A DNA stretch of 64,000 nucleotides from a virus (lineage: Duplodnaviria; Caudoviricetes), in the IMG/VR virus record IMGVR_UViG_3300014590_000001, positions 192,658 through 256,657 of that record. The stretch is one strand, 5' to 3'. A model generated the notes under the pieces. It was not told where the DNA came from. It worked only from the letters and a program-made list of their open reading frames with translations, and searched no databases. This document shows positions 45,303 through 55,548 of the stretch, piece after piece (the stretch's first letter is position 1; every line of letters starts with the position of its first letter). A program made the translations under genes and the position numbers.

Positions 45303-48300
45303 ATGCGAATTTTTAGCACCTCTGCACCTCAACAGTCGAGCACGGGTCAACTTACTGAAGCTATTACGAAAGTTTTAAGCGTCAATCAGTTGCCGCCGGA
45401 AGACGACGAAAAATACAAAGAGCTTTATGTTTCGGCAGCGAACAAAAAACTCTATGCACAACTCGGTTTGTTTGCGGCTGAAACTTCGGCGCGTATTCAA
45501 ATCGCTTTCAACTTCCTGAATATGCTTGTTATAAGATCGGCAGAAATGGAAGACCTGTTAGAAGTTGATCCTGATGGATTCTATTCCGTGTGTCGTCGCT
45601 TCCTTTGGGAAAGTGTTTCGCGCATTGAATCTATTACTGCTGCACCTTCTTCTGATATGTTGGGTGTGCTTTCTCAGAATCTGCAATATCCATCCGGTCT
45701 GGTCGTAAAAAATTCCGCACGTTATCCAGGCGGTAGCGATATCATCAACTCCGGTATTCCATGCGCAACGAGTGAACTGGCGGCGTCTGGTAACTTCACC
45801 ATGATTCGTCCGAATCCTGCGGCTGGAATTGATTCACGCATTGACGCGAACTTTGAACAGGCCAACACTCGCATTTACTCTGCGGAAATTTCTCAGGCTG
45901 CTATTCGTGCTGCGAATCAATTGTATCAAGCGATCATCGGCACTAAACGTCCTGAAGGTCGTGCGATGTTCTCGCCTGATACGAAAGTTATTCAGTTGAA
46001 TTTCAAATGGTCACAACTTAACGCGATCATTTCTGCAATTCATCCGACGCTGGGACAACTTGACGTAGAAGTTTTCCGCGATGCAGATCCGAAGATGACG
46101 AAAGTTATCGGTAGCTTTATGTCTATCGGTGTTCGTCTGATGCCGTCTAAATCTATGGTTATTCGCCAGATGCAAAACATGCGAGCGGATAAAGGCGATA
46201 TCGACGTTAACCCTGTAGCCCACTCGCTGCAAATCGAAGCTGAATCTGGTCTGGTTCTTTCTCTGCGTAAAGAGTTTGTGGAATACATTTCACAAGGCGA
46301 CACCGCACTGAAAACTCTGTGCCTGTATCGTTGGTACACTGGCTGGGCCAGCTACTACATGACGGCTGGACGTTCGAAAAAGAAAAAAGGTGCTACTGGT
46401 GCGAATCGCCTGTACACAAAAATTTCTCAGATTCCTCGTTACGTAACTTCTGCAACTTCAATTCCGAAACTGCAAGACGTGCGTAAAGATTGCGGCTATA
46501 GCGTTACGGATACTCAGGCAGATGAAAACGGTCTGACCATGATGCCGAATGGTATGCCAGCGGTTCTGCCAAAGCGTGACGATATTGATATGGATACCGT
46601 TGCGAAATTCGAAAGCGAATTTAACAGCGTACTGGAAGAACTTTATTCCAAAGGCATTCCGTTCAGTGAATCTCACCAGTCACTACGTTCTGATGTTTTC
46701 ACTGTGTTCGAAAATGATTTGTCGTTTGAACGCAACACTCAGGATCGTGCTACGTCACTGGCGAAATATCGTGGTATTTGTTTGGGCGTTGATCCGGACT
46801 TCTCCACTATCGTTCGTTCTGCTGCAATGTCTATCGGTATTGCAAGTTCTCGTACTATCGGTGCGAAAGCGCCAACAAGTTTGGACACTGCTGATATTCT
46901 CGGTTTCGATTTTGCAGAGCCGGGCGAATCTCCAAACTTCCGTAGTTCTGGCGAAATTCTTCAGTCGCTTTATCACTCTGCTTCTGAAAGCCACACTGCC
47001 GCAACAATTCTGTTTAATGACTCTGGCGCTGCTGAAGCAAGCCCAGGAAAAATCATTAGCGGAAGTTCTGCGAAATCCATTTCTCTGATGGGTGAATCTG
47101 GAAGTGGTACAGAAGAAATTCTGAAACTGTGCGCTGAAGTTGCAGCGACTTACGGCTATCTTTCTCTCCACGCGAAACTTCCTAACCTGCAACAACTGGT
47201 TAAGAATGCTTGCGCTGCGTTGGGCTACGAAGAAGGTAGCAATCTCGCAGACTCGAATTATGATCGCGGAATTTACGCGGGCATTATCGAAAACGATCTG
47301 ACAGTAAACGGCCAAATGCCGATTGAACGTGCGCTGTTCCGTCTGATGGTTCGTACTCTGAACGATGCTGCGGGTCTGCGTGGTTCAAACCTGCTGGCAA
47401 CTTTGATTGCTGAAACTGGCTCTATCTCTGCTGCTGTAGAAGCAATGGAAGAAGATCCGCATTATTTCAAAACTGGCAAAGACGCGAAACTGGCGGATAT
47501 GGGTCACTTGGTTAACTACCTCGGCGGCGCAATTTTCCGTGAAGCGTGTGAACAAATTCTGAATCTGAATCGTAAGAAACTTTATGCGACTCTGGCAGAA
47601 TCAATCGACGCTCCAAACAGTAACCGTCTGCAACACGTAACTCTGCCGTTCGCAACTCTGTACGCACGTTGCGCTCCAAACGCATTGGAAATTTTCAGTG
47701 CTGCGGAAGAAGAAGTTGCGCGTTTGAAACCAGACACTTCAATCACTGCGGAAGATATTCAATTCCCTGGGTTGAAATCTGGTACTGCGTTAATGCCTCA
47801 CCAGTTGGGTGCGCATCAAACTCTGCGTCGTCGTCCTCGTTATGCAACGATCTTTATTGCACCGGGCGGCGGTAAAACAATCATCGGCCTGATGGATATC
47901 GGCTGTATGATGAAAGAGCTTGAGGATATGGGTGCGGAACAAATTCGTCCGTTGATTCTGTGTCCGTCAAACCTCGTTGCAAACTGGTGTGATGATTTGC
48001 ACAAAATTGCTGATGGTTGGAACGCCGTACCAATCACAAGCGACACTGTGAAAACTTGGGGCGAAGATCGTCTGTATGACGTAATCACTCAGGCACCACA
48101 AAACACAATTTTCGTTGCAGGTCTTTCTTTCCTGTCTACTGGTACGCTCGACGTTGATATCGGCGGTGTGCGTGTTCGTATTCGTGGCGCGGTTGAATTC
48201 GTTAAGCGTTTCAACTTCAGTTACGTTCTGCTGGATGAAAGTCACAAAGCGAAAAACATGGCTGGCGGTTCTGCTGTTCACCTGAACACCAAAGCAGTAT

Positions 48301-51143
48301 TCACCGTTCCTTCTGTTCGTTATGCGCGTATCGCAACTGGCACTCTGGTTACGGATATCGTGACGGACGTTGTAGGTCAGGCCGCGTTAATGTCACCGAC
48401 AATTTTCGGTAACGATCTTTCTACGCTGGATAAAGGCGATGGTGATCTTGCTGCGATTCGTCGTGCGCACTCTCGACTGTCTAACCACACGGCATTCATC
48501 GCGTACAAACGTAAGCATTGGGCATTCATGCTGCCGTCACCAATTGATACTTTCTATCCGGTTGATATTGATGATTCAACTGTGCCGCATTCTGACTTGC
48601 ACAAGCAAGTTTACGAAGCAATGTATCAACAGCTTTTCGATATGTTGAATGAAGCTGCTGAAACTGCGAAGAAGAAAACTGGCGACGATGATGATGAAGG
48701 TGGTTCCGACGATAACGACAACGACGGCAACCCTGATTTCGATCCATCGGAAGAGGAAGAAGGTGATGTGCTCGGTTCCCTGCTGGCGAATAACGTTGAG
48801 TTGAACGTTTATTTTCAGCGTATGGAACAGATGCTGACAGATCCAATGGGCGATGATATTGCTCGCGAAACTTTCGAAGCTGCTGGCGTTAAAAACTTTA
48901 CGTCTGCCAAAGTTGTTACGATCATTGATCGAATCAAACAACACTTCGAAGTTCAGGCGAAGCGTGATCCGGAAGTTAAGACTCACCAGATTTTCGAATG
49001 GAAAGCTGGCGTTGAACCTCGTGAATTGGATATCGCAGTTTACGAAGGTAAAAAATATCTGGCACGTAAGCATAGCGAAGGTTACGGTCGTGAATACCTG
49101 CCGCCGTCTATGACTCCACCGCCACAAGATCCGGATTACTGGAAAGAAGAGAAGGTTGGTAAACTGATCGTGTTTACTCGCTACACTCGTTCCGCAAACG
49201 CGATCTACAATGCGCTGCCGCCGAACTACAAAAAGATTGCTGTAGTGTTCCACGGCGAAGTAAATAAACTCGGTCAGGACAAAGTTGCAAACCTCGACGC
49301 ATTCAAAACTGATCCATCGGTTCAGATTCTGATTGCGAACGAACAAGCGATTTCCGAAGGTCACAACATGCAGATGGGTAGTCGTATCATCCGCTGTGAT
49401 ACTCCGTGGTCGCCTGGGGTTTACGATCAGTCTACCGCTCGTATTTTCCGTCCTGATGTTTCTGCGGCAACGCTGGACGAAAACGGCAAGCCGGGCGATA
49501 TGGCGCGTGAAGTTGTGTTCATCGACTGGATCATGACGAACAAAACTTTGGAAGTTGGTAAAGTTGCTCGACTGATGTGGAAAACACTTCAGAAAACTCA
49601 GTTCGATGAAAAAGGAAACGAGCTGTACGAGCCGCTGGACAAATACGATCTGCAACCAATTCGCATGAATGCGCAACTGCTCATTCAGAATAACGAAATG
49701 AATGACTTCGCAGATTACTTCAGTGCGAAAGCAGAGCTTAACTCTATCGAACAGAAAGAGTTTGCTGACATGCGTAAGTCCACCGTTGCTCAGATGATTG
49801 CGTTGACTCCTTCCGAACCACTGAAAGGATTCAAAGTAATGGAAGCTGCGCCGATTGTTGCGAACCAGAAAATTCCGGATCGCAATGGTTACGGCTTAAC
49901 GCGTCTGCGCGATTGGACTAAGCAGAACGAATTTGTTGACGGCGAAATCCTGCGTCGTTCTCTGCACATGATGCCAGTAGTTACTGAATTTGGTAACGGT
50001 CAGATTGTTGGTATTCAGGTGCGTAATGAGCCGGGCACAAACCGTCTGCGCGTTGACGATCCGATTAGTACAGTGAAAGTTCGTATTCACGGAAGCGATG
50101 AATTGATTCCAATTCCTGCTACGAAAATTCACCTTGCGCTCAAAGTAACTCCGAAACAGCTTGAAGAGTTTTTCAAAACGAACAAGCCGTGGGCGAACGA
50201 AACTGAACGCAAACGTGCGGTGCGTACTGCTAACAACAAACGCGCTAAGGATCAGATTCAGGACGAGAAAGAAGCGCAAAATAAAGAGGAAACGCGCGAG
50301 CGTCTTCCGAAGATTGAACGCGAAGCTGCTCGCCAGAATAGACGCGAAGAAAACAAACGTGAAGGTAAGCCGATCAACGATGGCGTTACAGAAGCTGCTG
50401 GCAAAGTGCGTCCTGCACCGAAACCGCTGAAGCCTCTGGACAACACTATCAAACCTGCGGTGATTTCTCCACGCGATAACAAAGTGAAACCGAAAGATAA
50501 AACTGATATGGCGTTTGAACTTACGCCGACAGTTTATAACGGATTTATTTCTCTGTATGCTGACGTAACCGATCCGGATACGAAGATGCTGAAAGAGCAA
50601 GAGTTCGTTGAATTCGGTGCGTACACGTACATTGACTTCTATTACTATTCTGACTTCGAAAACTTCCTCGATTATGTGGAAGAAAAACTGAAGATGGAAT
50701 TCGACAATGCCAGTGCGAAACGCCTTGAGCATGTAATGGATGTGTTCTCTGATACTGGACGCATGAGCTTTAATCAGAAGCAGTCTGTTAAAGTTGCTTC
50801 CGATCTGAAACTCTTCTTCACCGTTCGTCACCGTGCGGCAAGCGATAAGAAACACCTGAAAGTTTATCCGATGGTGATGGAAGATCGTCTGCGCCTGATG
50901 ATTGACAACGGAACGAACCCAATGACTTCGAAACTGGTTGGTAAGAAAATTCCAAACACTCGTAAGTTCGGTACGTTCGAGAAAGCTGCTGGTATGTGGA
51001 TCGGTTTCGTCAATACTGTTCCAAAAGCAAAAGCACGTATCAACAAGATTGTGAAAGCGGGTTACACCGTTACCAACTTGAAGAAATGTGTTGCTGCTCT
51101 GGACAAGATCAAAGCGACGAAAGATAAATCCAAAACGTCGTAA
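45303..51143 (+). CDS. giant (1946 aa) SNF2/SF2-like helicase-ATPase with long N-terminal extension
   Basis: LMPHQ, APGGGKT, ILCP..LV.NW, LLDESH, ATGT, IVFT, EGHNMQ and PWSP..YDQ..ARIFR. N-terminus MRIFSTSA. Confidence 0.85.
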   Translation: MRIFSTSAPQQSSTGQLTEAITKVLSVNQLPPEDDEKYKELYVSAANKKLYAQLGLFAAETSARIQIAFNFLNMLVIRSAEMEDLLEVDPDGFYSVCRRFLWESVSRIESITAAPSSDMLGVLSQNLQYPSGLVVKNSARYPGGSDIINSGIPCATSELAASGNFTMIRPNPAAGIDSRIDANFEQANTRIYSAEISQAAIRAANQLYQAIIGTKRPEGRAMFSPDTKVIQLNFKWSQLNAIISAIHPTLGQLDVEVFRDADPKMTKVIGSFMSIGVRLMPSKSMVIRQMQNMRADKGDIDVNPVAHSLQIEAESGLVLSLRKEFVEYISQGDTALKTLCLYRWYTGWASYYMTAGRSKKKKGATGANRLYTKISQIPRYVTSATSIPKLQDVRKDCGYSVTDTQADENGLTMMPNGMPAVLPKRDDIDMDTVAKFESEFNSVLEELYSKGIPFSESHQSLRSDVFTVFENDLSFERNTQDRATSLAKYRGICLGVDPDFSTIVRSAAMSIGIASSRTIGAKAPTSLDTADILGFDFAEPGESPNFRSSGEILQSLYHSASESHTAATILFNDSGAAEASPGKIISGSSAKSISLMGESGSGTEEILKLCAEVAATYGYLSLHAKLPNLQQLVKNACAALGYEEGSNLADSNYDRGIYAGIIENDLTVNGQMPIERALFRLMVRTLNDAAGLRGSNLLATLIAETGSISAAVEAMEEDPHYFKTGKDAKLADMGHLVNYLGGAIFREACEQILNLNRKKLYATLAESIDAPNSNRLQHVTLPFATLYARCAPNALEIFSAAEEEVARLKPDTSITAEDIQFPGLKSGTALMPHQLGAHQTLRRRPRYATIFIAPGGGKTIIGLMDIGCMMKELEDMGAEQIRPLILCPSNLVANWCDDLHKIADGWNAVPITSDTVKTWGEDRLYDVITQAPQNTIFVAGLSFLSTGTLDVDIGGVRVRIRGAVEFVKRFNFSYVLLDESHKAKNMAGGSAVHLNTKAVFTVPSVRYARIATGTLVTDIVTDVVGQAALMSPTIFGNDLSTLDKGDGDLAAIRRAHSRLSNHTAFIAYKRKHWAFMLPSPIDTFYPVDIDDSTVPHSDLHKQVYEAMYQQLFDMLNEAAETAKKKTGDDDDEGGSDDNDNDGNPDFDPSEEEEGDVLGSLLANNVELNVYFQRMEQMLTDPMGDDIARETFEAAGVKNFTSAKVVTIIDRIKQHFEVQAKRDPEVKTHQIFEWKAGVEPRELDIAVYEGKKYLARKHSEGYGREYLPPSMTPPPQDPDYWKEEKVGKLIVFTRYTRSANAIYNALPPNYKKIAVVFHGEVNKLGQDKVANLDAFKTDPSVQILIANEQAISEGHNMQMGSRIIRCDTPWSPGVYDQSTARIFRPDVSAATLDENGKPGDMAREVVFIDWIMTNKTLEVGKVARLMWKTLQKTQFDEKGNELYEPLDKYDLQPIRMNAQLLIQNNEMNDFADYFSAKAELNSIEQKEFADMRKSTVAQMIALTPSEPLKGFKVMEAAPIVANQKIPDRNGYGLTRLRDWTKQNEFVDGEILRRSLHMMPVVTEFGNGQIVGIQVRNEPGTNRLRVDDPISTVKVRIHGSDELIPIPATKIHLALKVTPKQLEEFFKTNKPWANETERKRAVRTANNKRAKDQIQDEKEAQNKEETRERLPKIEREAARQNRREENKREGKPINDGVTEAAGKVRPAPKPLKPLDNTIKPAVISPRDNKVKPKDKTDMAFELTPTVYNGFISLYADVTDPDTKMLKEQEFVEFGAYTYIDFYYYSDFENFLDYVEEKLKMEFDNASAKRLEHVMDVFSDTGRMSFNQKQSVKVASDLKLFFTVRHRAASDKKHLKVYPMVMEDRLRLMIDNGTNPMTSKLVGKKIPNTRKFGTFEKAAGMWIGFVNTVPKAKARINKIVKAGYTVTNLKKCVAALDKIKATKDKSKTS

Positions 51144-51149
51144 ACTGAT

Positions 51150-51171
51150 AAGGGGGCTTCGGCCTCCTTTT
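51150..51171 (+). terminator. intrinsic terminator
   Basis: aaGGGGGC-ttcg-GCCTCCtttt. Confidence 0.8.
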
Positions 51172-51186
51172 CTTTAAGGAGTTTTT

Positions 51187-51720
51187 ATGCTTGGTGAATT
51201 TTATCAACAGATTCAAGTCATCATGACGTTCCTCGGATTTTATGACGGCGCGTGTGATGGTGTGTGGGGGCCGAAGTGCATCGCCGCTAAACGCAAGTGG
51301 GAATTCGATGATAGTTTTGAACCTGCTGTGCCGTCTAACGGCTTGCCTTTCACTGGTAAAGATCGTTTGCCGAAAGGTCTGATTTATTTGCATCGCGGAT
51401 TGCATATCAAGTGTCTGAAAATGACCAAAGAGGATATTGAAAAAATCCTGTGTGAGAAAGGTGAGTTGATTACTTGCGCTCACATTGATAAGCATTTCGC
51501 GCAGCCGGAACCTGAAGCGAAACCAACTGCGGTTGTTGCTGATGTTCCTGCGCCAAAAGTTTCCTCACTGGTTGAAACACCAATCGACGTGAAACCTGAA
51601 CCGGTAATTGATCCGGAACCGGAAGAAGTTGAAGAGGACGAAGAAGTTGTTGAGGAAGTTGAAACCAAAACTCAGCAACAGACTCAGAAAAATAACTGGA
51701 CTCAACAGAGGAAGAAATAA
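51187..51720 (+). CDS. protein with N-terminal peptidoglycan-binding-like motif and P/E-rich tail
   Basis: IQ..M..LGFY.G..DGVWGPKC..A...W resembles PG_binding_1. Confidence 0.6.
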   Translation: MLGEFYQQIQVIMTFLGFYDGACDGVWGPKCIAAKRKWEFDDSFEPAVPSNGLPFTGKDRLPKGLIYLHRGLHIKCLKMTKEDIEKILCEKGELITCAHIDKHFAQPEPEAKPTAVVADVPAPKVSSLVETPIDVKPEPVIDPEPEEVEEDEEVVEEVETKTQQQTQKNNWTQQRKK

Positions 51721-52031
51721 TGAGTACGATTACTCTTCTGTCTGAATCTGCGACTAAGAAACAGAATACCAATGCGAAAGTTTTGTTTGGCGCGAAAGGC
51801 GAAACGATTGTGAAGACAATTGAACTGCTGATCAAATCGAAAGAACTGGACACCAGTGTTCTGTCTCACGTAATGGAAGTTTTGAAAGACGACGCGAAAA
51901 CTGCAAAGTACGCGACGAATGCTGTAGGCAAAAAGAACGTGCTCGCACTGAAACTTTTGCTGAAAGCTAAATCTGTCTTCGCTGCCATTGACGTGATTAC
52001 GAAAGTCAAAGTTCCTAAAGCGTTTGCCTAA
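51720..52031 (+). CDS. small basic protein (tag variant LLSESA)
   Basis: TAATG coupling. Confidence 0.7.
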   Translation: MSTITLLSESATKKQNTNAKVLFGAKGETIVKTIELLIKSKELDTSVLSHVMEVLKDDAKTAKYATNAVGKKNVLALKLLLKAKSVFAAIDVITKVKVPKAFA

Positions 52032-52037
52032 TAAATT

Positions 52038-52061
52038 GGGGTGCATTTTGCGCCCCTTTTT
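52038..52061 (+). terminator. intrinsic terminator
   Basis: GGGGTGC..GCGCCCC-ttttt. Confidence 0.8.
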
Positions 52062-52078
52062 CATTTGTTCTGCGGATC

Positions 52079-52089
52079 AAATCTGTAAA
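52079..52089 (+). promoter_or_regulatory. AAATCTGTAAA class 1 promoter motif
   Basis: Exact copy upstream of the DNA polymerase. Confidence 0.7.
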
Positions 52090-52126
52090 TATACAGAGTG
52101 ATTGTCTATTGTGACTATTGGGCGAT

Positions 52127-55100
52127 ATGAAAACAAAACACCTAAACCTTGATTATGATGCGCCAAAGGAATTTGAGGATCAACAGACGTATGATTTCGT
52201 CAGAATCCTCAAAGGCGTAGCAGATAAGAAGTCTGCGAAAAAAGCCCTGATTGTCGTTGACCATATGCCGTCTGAAGATTTGGAATCTGGCAAAATATTC
52301 AGTGGCGTAACAGGTCAAACTTTTCTGAATCAAATTCAGTATCTGGAAGATACGTTCCCGCTTAAAACAACGCTGGATGATTGGAATTTTATTGTCGTTA
52401 GTTTCAACATGTTTAAGACTTACGACAAGTCGGAACAGTTTAAATCAGATGCAGAAGCGGCGTTCGCGGATCGCATTAAAGATATCATCGTAACGTACAA
52501 GCCAGAAATCGTTTTGACTTTTGGTTACGCTCCATTCAACGCATTGAACCGTGAAAAAGGTCAACGTGCGGTTGATGCGAAAGGCGATATCAGTAACTGG
52601 TACGGCGTGACAATTCCAACACGCGTTAAGTACGGCGACAAGTCGCACAAGTTTACTCACTTGCCGAACGTGAGTTACGAACGTGTGTTACATCCGCGTA
52701 GTATTGTTGGCACCAGTTACACGCTGGGTTACATGGCGCGTTGGATGTTGCCGTGGTTCAACGATTGTGAAATGCCTTACAAGATTCGCAAAGTAAAAAG
52801 CGGTGCGGATCGAAACTGGAAGTTGAAGTATCTGACTAAATACAGTCATGTGAAAAAACTTTTTGAAGAACTGAAGAAAGCCGAAAAGGTTGCAGTCGAT
52901 AGCGAAACGGAAAACCTCAACCGTATCGTGAACAAAGTGTTGACGCTTCAGTTTAGTACGGACGGCAAGACGGCGTATGTGTTGCCTGTGTTCCACCGTG
53001 ACAGTCCATTCAGTCCGAAAGAACTTAAAAAGATTTCGCGCTTGATTCAGGACTACTTCGAAGAGAACGATAACAAGTATCAGATTTACGCAAACGCGAA
53101 GTTTGATTTAAACGTTATTCGTAGCAACTTTGGAGTACGGTGTTTTAAAGCTGACGTATGGGATGTTCAGGCGGGTGAGTTTGCGTTCGATGAAAACGCG
53201 AAGTCATTGCAACTGGTAACAGGCAAAGGTTATTACAACTTAGCTAACCTCACTATGCAGTATGGCTGTGAAATGTATTTGGATCTTGCGTTTGGTAAAG
53301 CGCAACGTGCAACAATTGCGGATGTTGATCTCGATGAATCGGTGCAAGAGTATGCTGGCGCTGACGTAATCATTCCGTTCCTGATTCACGAAAAACAAAT
53401 ACAACGTGCGAAGGATATCGGCTACGAAAAATATGAGTCGATGGTCAGTCAACAGATTAGCGATCAGATTCATGCGTTTAGTATTCTGGAAAGTACAGGT
53501 GCTGGCGCGGATATAGACTATCTGTTTAAACTGAATCTGCCTAACAGTCCGATCAACCAAGAAATCAAAAACGTTGAGCGCGAATTCTTAGACAGTCCGG
53601 AAGTAGCGAAAGCGAACCAAATCATTCTGAAGACTTCGAACATTCCGAAGTTTGGTTTGATGGGCGCGGTGAATGTTCAGAAGTTTGATTTGAGTTCACA
53701 AGAGCACAAACAGATTCTGTTCTTCGACGTGATGAAATTGAAACCGTTAAAAGAGAGTGACAAACTCCGGCCTAACGGTAAGCCAATGGGTAAACTGGAT
53801 AAAGATTTCCAAGCGGCATATGCCGATAACCCAATGGTGGCGCTGTATTCGAAACTGAATAAAGCGTACAAGTTACGAAACGCTTACGTGAATAGTCTGC
53901 TTAAACTTTGGGGTGAGTCAGACGATTTCAAACACGACAGATCAATTCGTCCGTCGTATGGATATCTCGGCGTTGTAACAGGTCGTACTTCTGCGCGTGA
54001 CCCCAATCTCCAACAGGTTCCTAGTCGTTCTGAAATGGGTAAACTGATTAAGCGTATTTTGATTGCGCGTAAAAATCGTATGCTCATTAAGGTGGACTAC
54101 TCTGCGCACGAAGTTCGTGGTTGGTCAATTATTTCCGGCGATCAGGGCGTTGCGGATGTATTCGAACAAGGCGCGATCTTGCGTCGTCGTTTCCGTACTG
54201 TTCCGGACAAATGGATTGCGCACCGCGTAGAAGTTGAGGGTGACGTTCACAAAATTAACGCAGCGTACTTCTTTGGTATTGATATCATGGAAGTTACGAA
54301 GTCAATTCGTAACGCGGTTAAGACAGTTATCTTTGGTCTGATTTATCAGCAAGGCGATAAAGGTCTTGCGAAGAGTACCGGACGCGAAGTTGACGAGATT
54401 GTGGAAATCAAAGGCAAGTTCCTTAAACGTTTCCCTGTAGGTCTGAAGTGGTTTGATGCAGTTAAACGATTCGCACACAAAAACTTCTTTGTTGAATCTC
54501 CGGTTGGTCGTCGTCGTCACTTGTGGGGCTTCTTGCTTCCTAAGTCACATCAGGACAGCGACAACGTTTATGCGTCTTGTGATCGTCGCGCAGTAAACTC
54601 ACCTGTTCAGGGTTTCGGTTCTGACTTGATGATGTCTGCAATTCGAATTCTTGATCGCATGAAATATGAATACTGGAAAGCGAACGGTGTTTATCCTGAT
54701 TTCGTTCTGAACGTTTCGGTTCACGATAGCTTGACGGTTGACTGTGATTACAACTGGATTTTCCTTGCGCTTGATATGATCGAACGTGCGATGACAAGTG
54801 CGGTTGTTGAGGAAGTTCAGAAACGTCACCCAGGATTTGAGTTCACGTCTATTCCGGAAATCGACTTTGAAATCGGTGCGTCGGAAAAAGATGTTGAGGG
54901 TTGGGATTTCAGCTATCAGGCTCTGTTCGATATTCTGCGTAAAGGTCTGGAGATCAAGCGCGATGAATTGGGCGAGAAAGATCTGGACGTTGAGAAAACT
55001 CTCGATAGCATTATGCAAGACCAATACGATCTCATGTCCGTCTGGATGAAGAAACAGATTTGGGCAAACGATATTGAAATGCGTTCGAAGTCTAAGAAGA

Positions 55101-55282
55101 ATCCATTGACCAACGAAGATAAGAAAAACGTTGAGCAATGGAAGAAAGAGATTCCGAGCAACTTGCAGAAGCTGGCTGATTGGAAAGCATCGCAGGTTAA
55201 AGCTGCTGCGCCTACCAAAGAGAAAATCAAAATCAGTACCAAACTACTCAAACGTGCGATGAAAGGAATTGCGAAAAAGTGA
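52127..55282 (+). CDS. family A DNA polymerase with N-terminal UDG-like domain and 3'-5' exonuclease
   Basis: Exo motifs VDSET, NAKFD and YAGAD. Pol motifs TGRTS..PNLQQ, DYSAHEVR, RNAVKTVIFGLIY, NSPVQG and VHDS. Confidence 0.93.
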   Translation: MKTKHLNLDYDAPKEFEDQQTYDFVRILKGVADKKSAKKALIVVDHMPSEDLESGKIFSGVTGQTFLNQIQYLEDTFPLKTTLDDWNFIVVSFNMFKTYDKSEQFKSDAEAAFADRIKDIIVTYKPEIVLTFGYAPFNALNREKGQRAVDAKGDISNWYGVTIPTRVKYGDKSHKFTHLPNVSYERVLHPRSIVGTSYTLGYMARWMLPWFNDCEMPYKIRKVKSGADRNWKLKYLTKYSHVKKLFEELKKAEKVAVDSETENLNRIVNKVLTLQFSTDGKTAYVLPVFHRDSPFSPKELKKISRLIQDYFEENDNKYQIYANAKFDLNVIRSNFGVRCFKADVWDVQAGEFAFDENAKSLQLVTGKGYYNLANLTMQYGCEMYLDLAFGKAQRATIADVDLDESVQEYAGADVIIPFLIHEKQIQRAKDIGYEKYESMVSQQISDQIHAFSILESTGAGADIDYLFKLNLPNSPINQEIKNVEREFLDSPEVAKANQIILKTSNIPKFGLMGAVNVQKFDLSSQEHKQILFFDVMKLKPLKESDKLRPNGKPMGKLDKDFQAAYADNPMVALYSKLNKAYKLRNAYVNSLLKLWGESDDFKHDRSIRPSYGYLGVVTGRTSARDPNLQQVPSRSEMGKLIKRILIARKNRMLIKVDYSAHEVRGWSIISGDQGVADVFEQGAILRRRFRTVPDKWIAHRVEVEGDVHKINAAYFFGIDIMEVTKSIRNAVKTVIFGLIYQQGDKGLAKSTGREVDEIVEIKGKFLKRFPVGLKWFDAVKRFAHKNFFVESPVGRRRHLWGFLLPKSHQDSDNVYASCDRRAVNSPVQGFGSDLMMSAIRILDRMKYEYWKANGVYPDFVLNVSVHDSLTVDCDYNWIFLALDMIERAMTSAVVEEVQKRHPGFEFTSIPEIDFEIGASEKDVEGWDFSYQALFDILRKGLEIKRDELGEKDLDVEKTLDSIMQDQYDLMSVWMKKQIWANDIEMRSKSKKNPLTNEDKKNVEQWKKEIPSNLQKLADWKASQVKAAAPTKEKIKISTKLLKRAMKGIAKK

Positions 55283-55548
55283 TTAGCATAGAAGAGGTCT
55301 GTGAGTTTTTAAACAGAAATCTTGTAGAGCGATCCGAAACTTTCAATGCGGTGCTACGAACTTTGTGGCACCTTAATCCGAACGATGTTCCGGAAGATAT
55401 TGAAGTTTACGCCGCTACTTCAGGCAGTCACGTAACGGATTTCATTGGGATTATCAATGGCCTCTTCTGTAAATCAAATAAGAGGATCGTATCCGTGCGT
55501 GTGAATGATCAAATTCAATTTGTGGTGGAGTCGAATGAAAAAGTGTAA
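55279..55548 (+). CDS. hypothetical protein
   Basis: GTGA coupling to the polymerase gene. Confidence 0.6.
   Translation: MISIEEVCEFLNRNLVERSETFNAVLRTLWHLNPNDVPEDIEVYAATSGSHVTDFIGIINGLFCKSNKRIVSVRVNDQIQFVVESNEKV

Noticed and set aside
48576-50855. Long minus-strand ORFs (366 and 319 aa) inside the giant helicase
   Set aside because: Antisense frames kept open by codon bias, with no motifs or SD.
52127-55282. Intein or intron in the DNA polymerase, SbcC or helicases
   Set aside because: The ORFs are continuous, motif spacing is normal and I saw no C...HN splice motifs.
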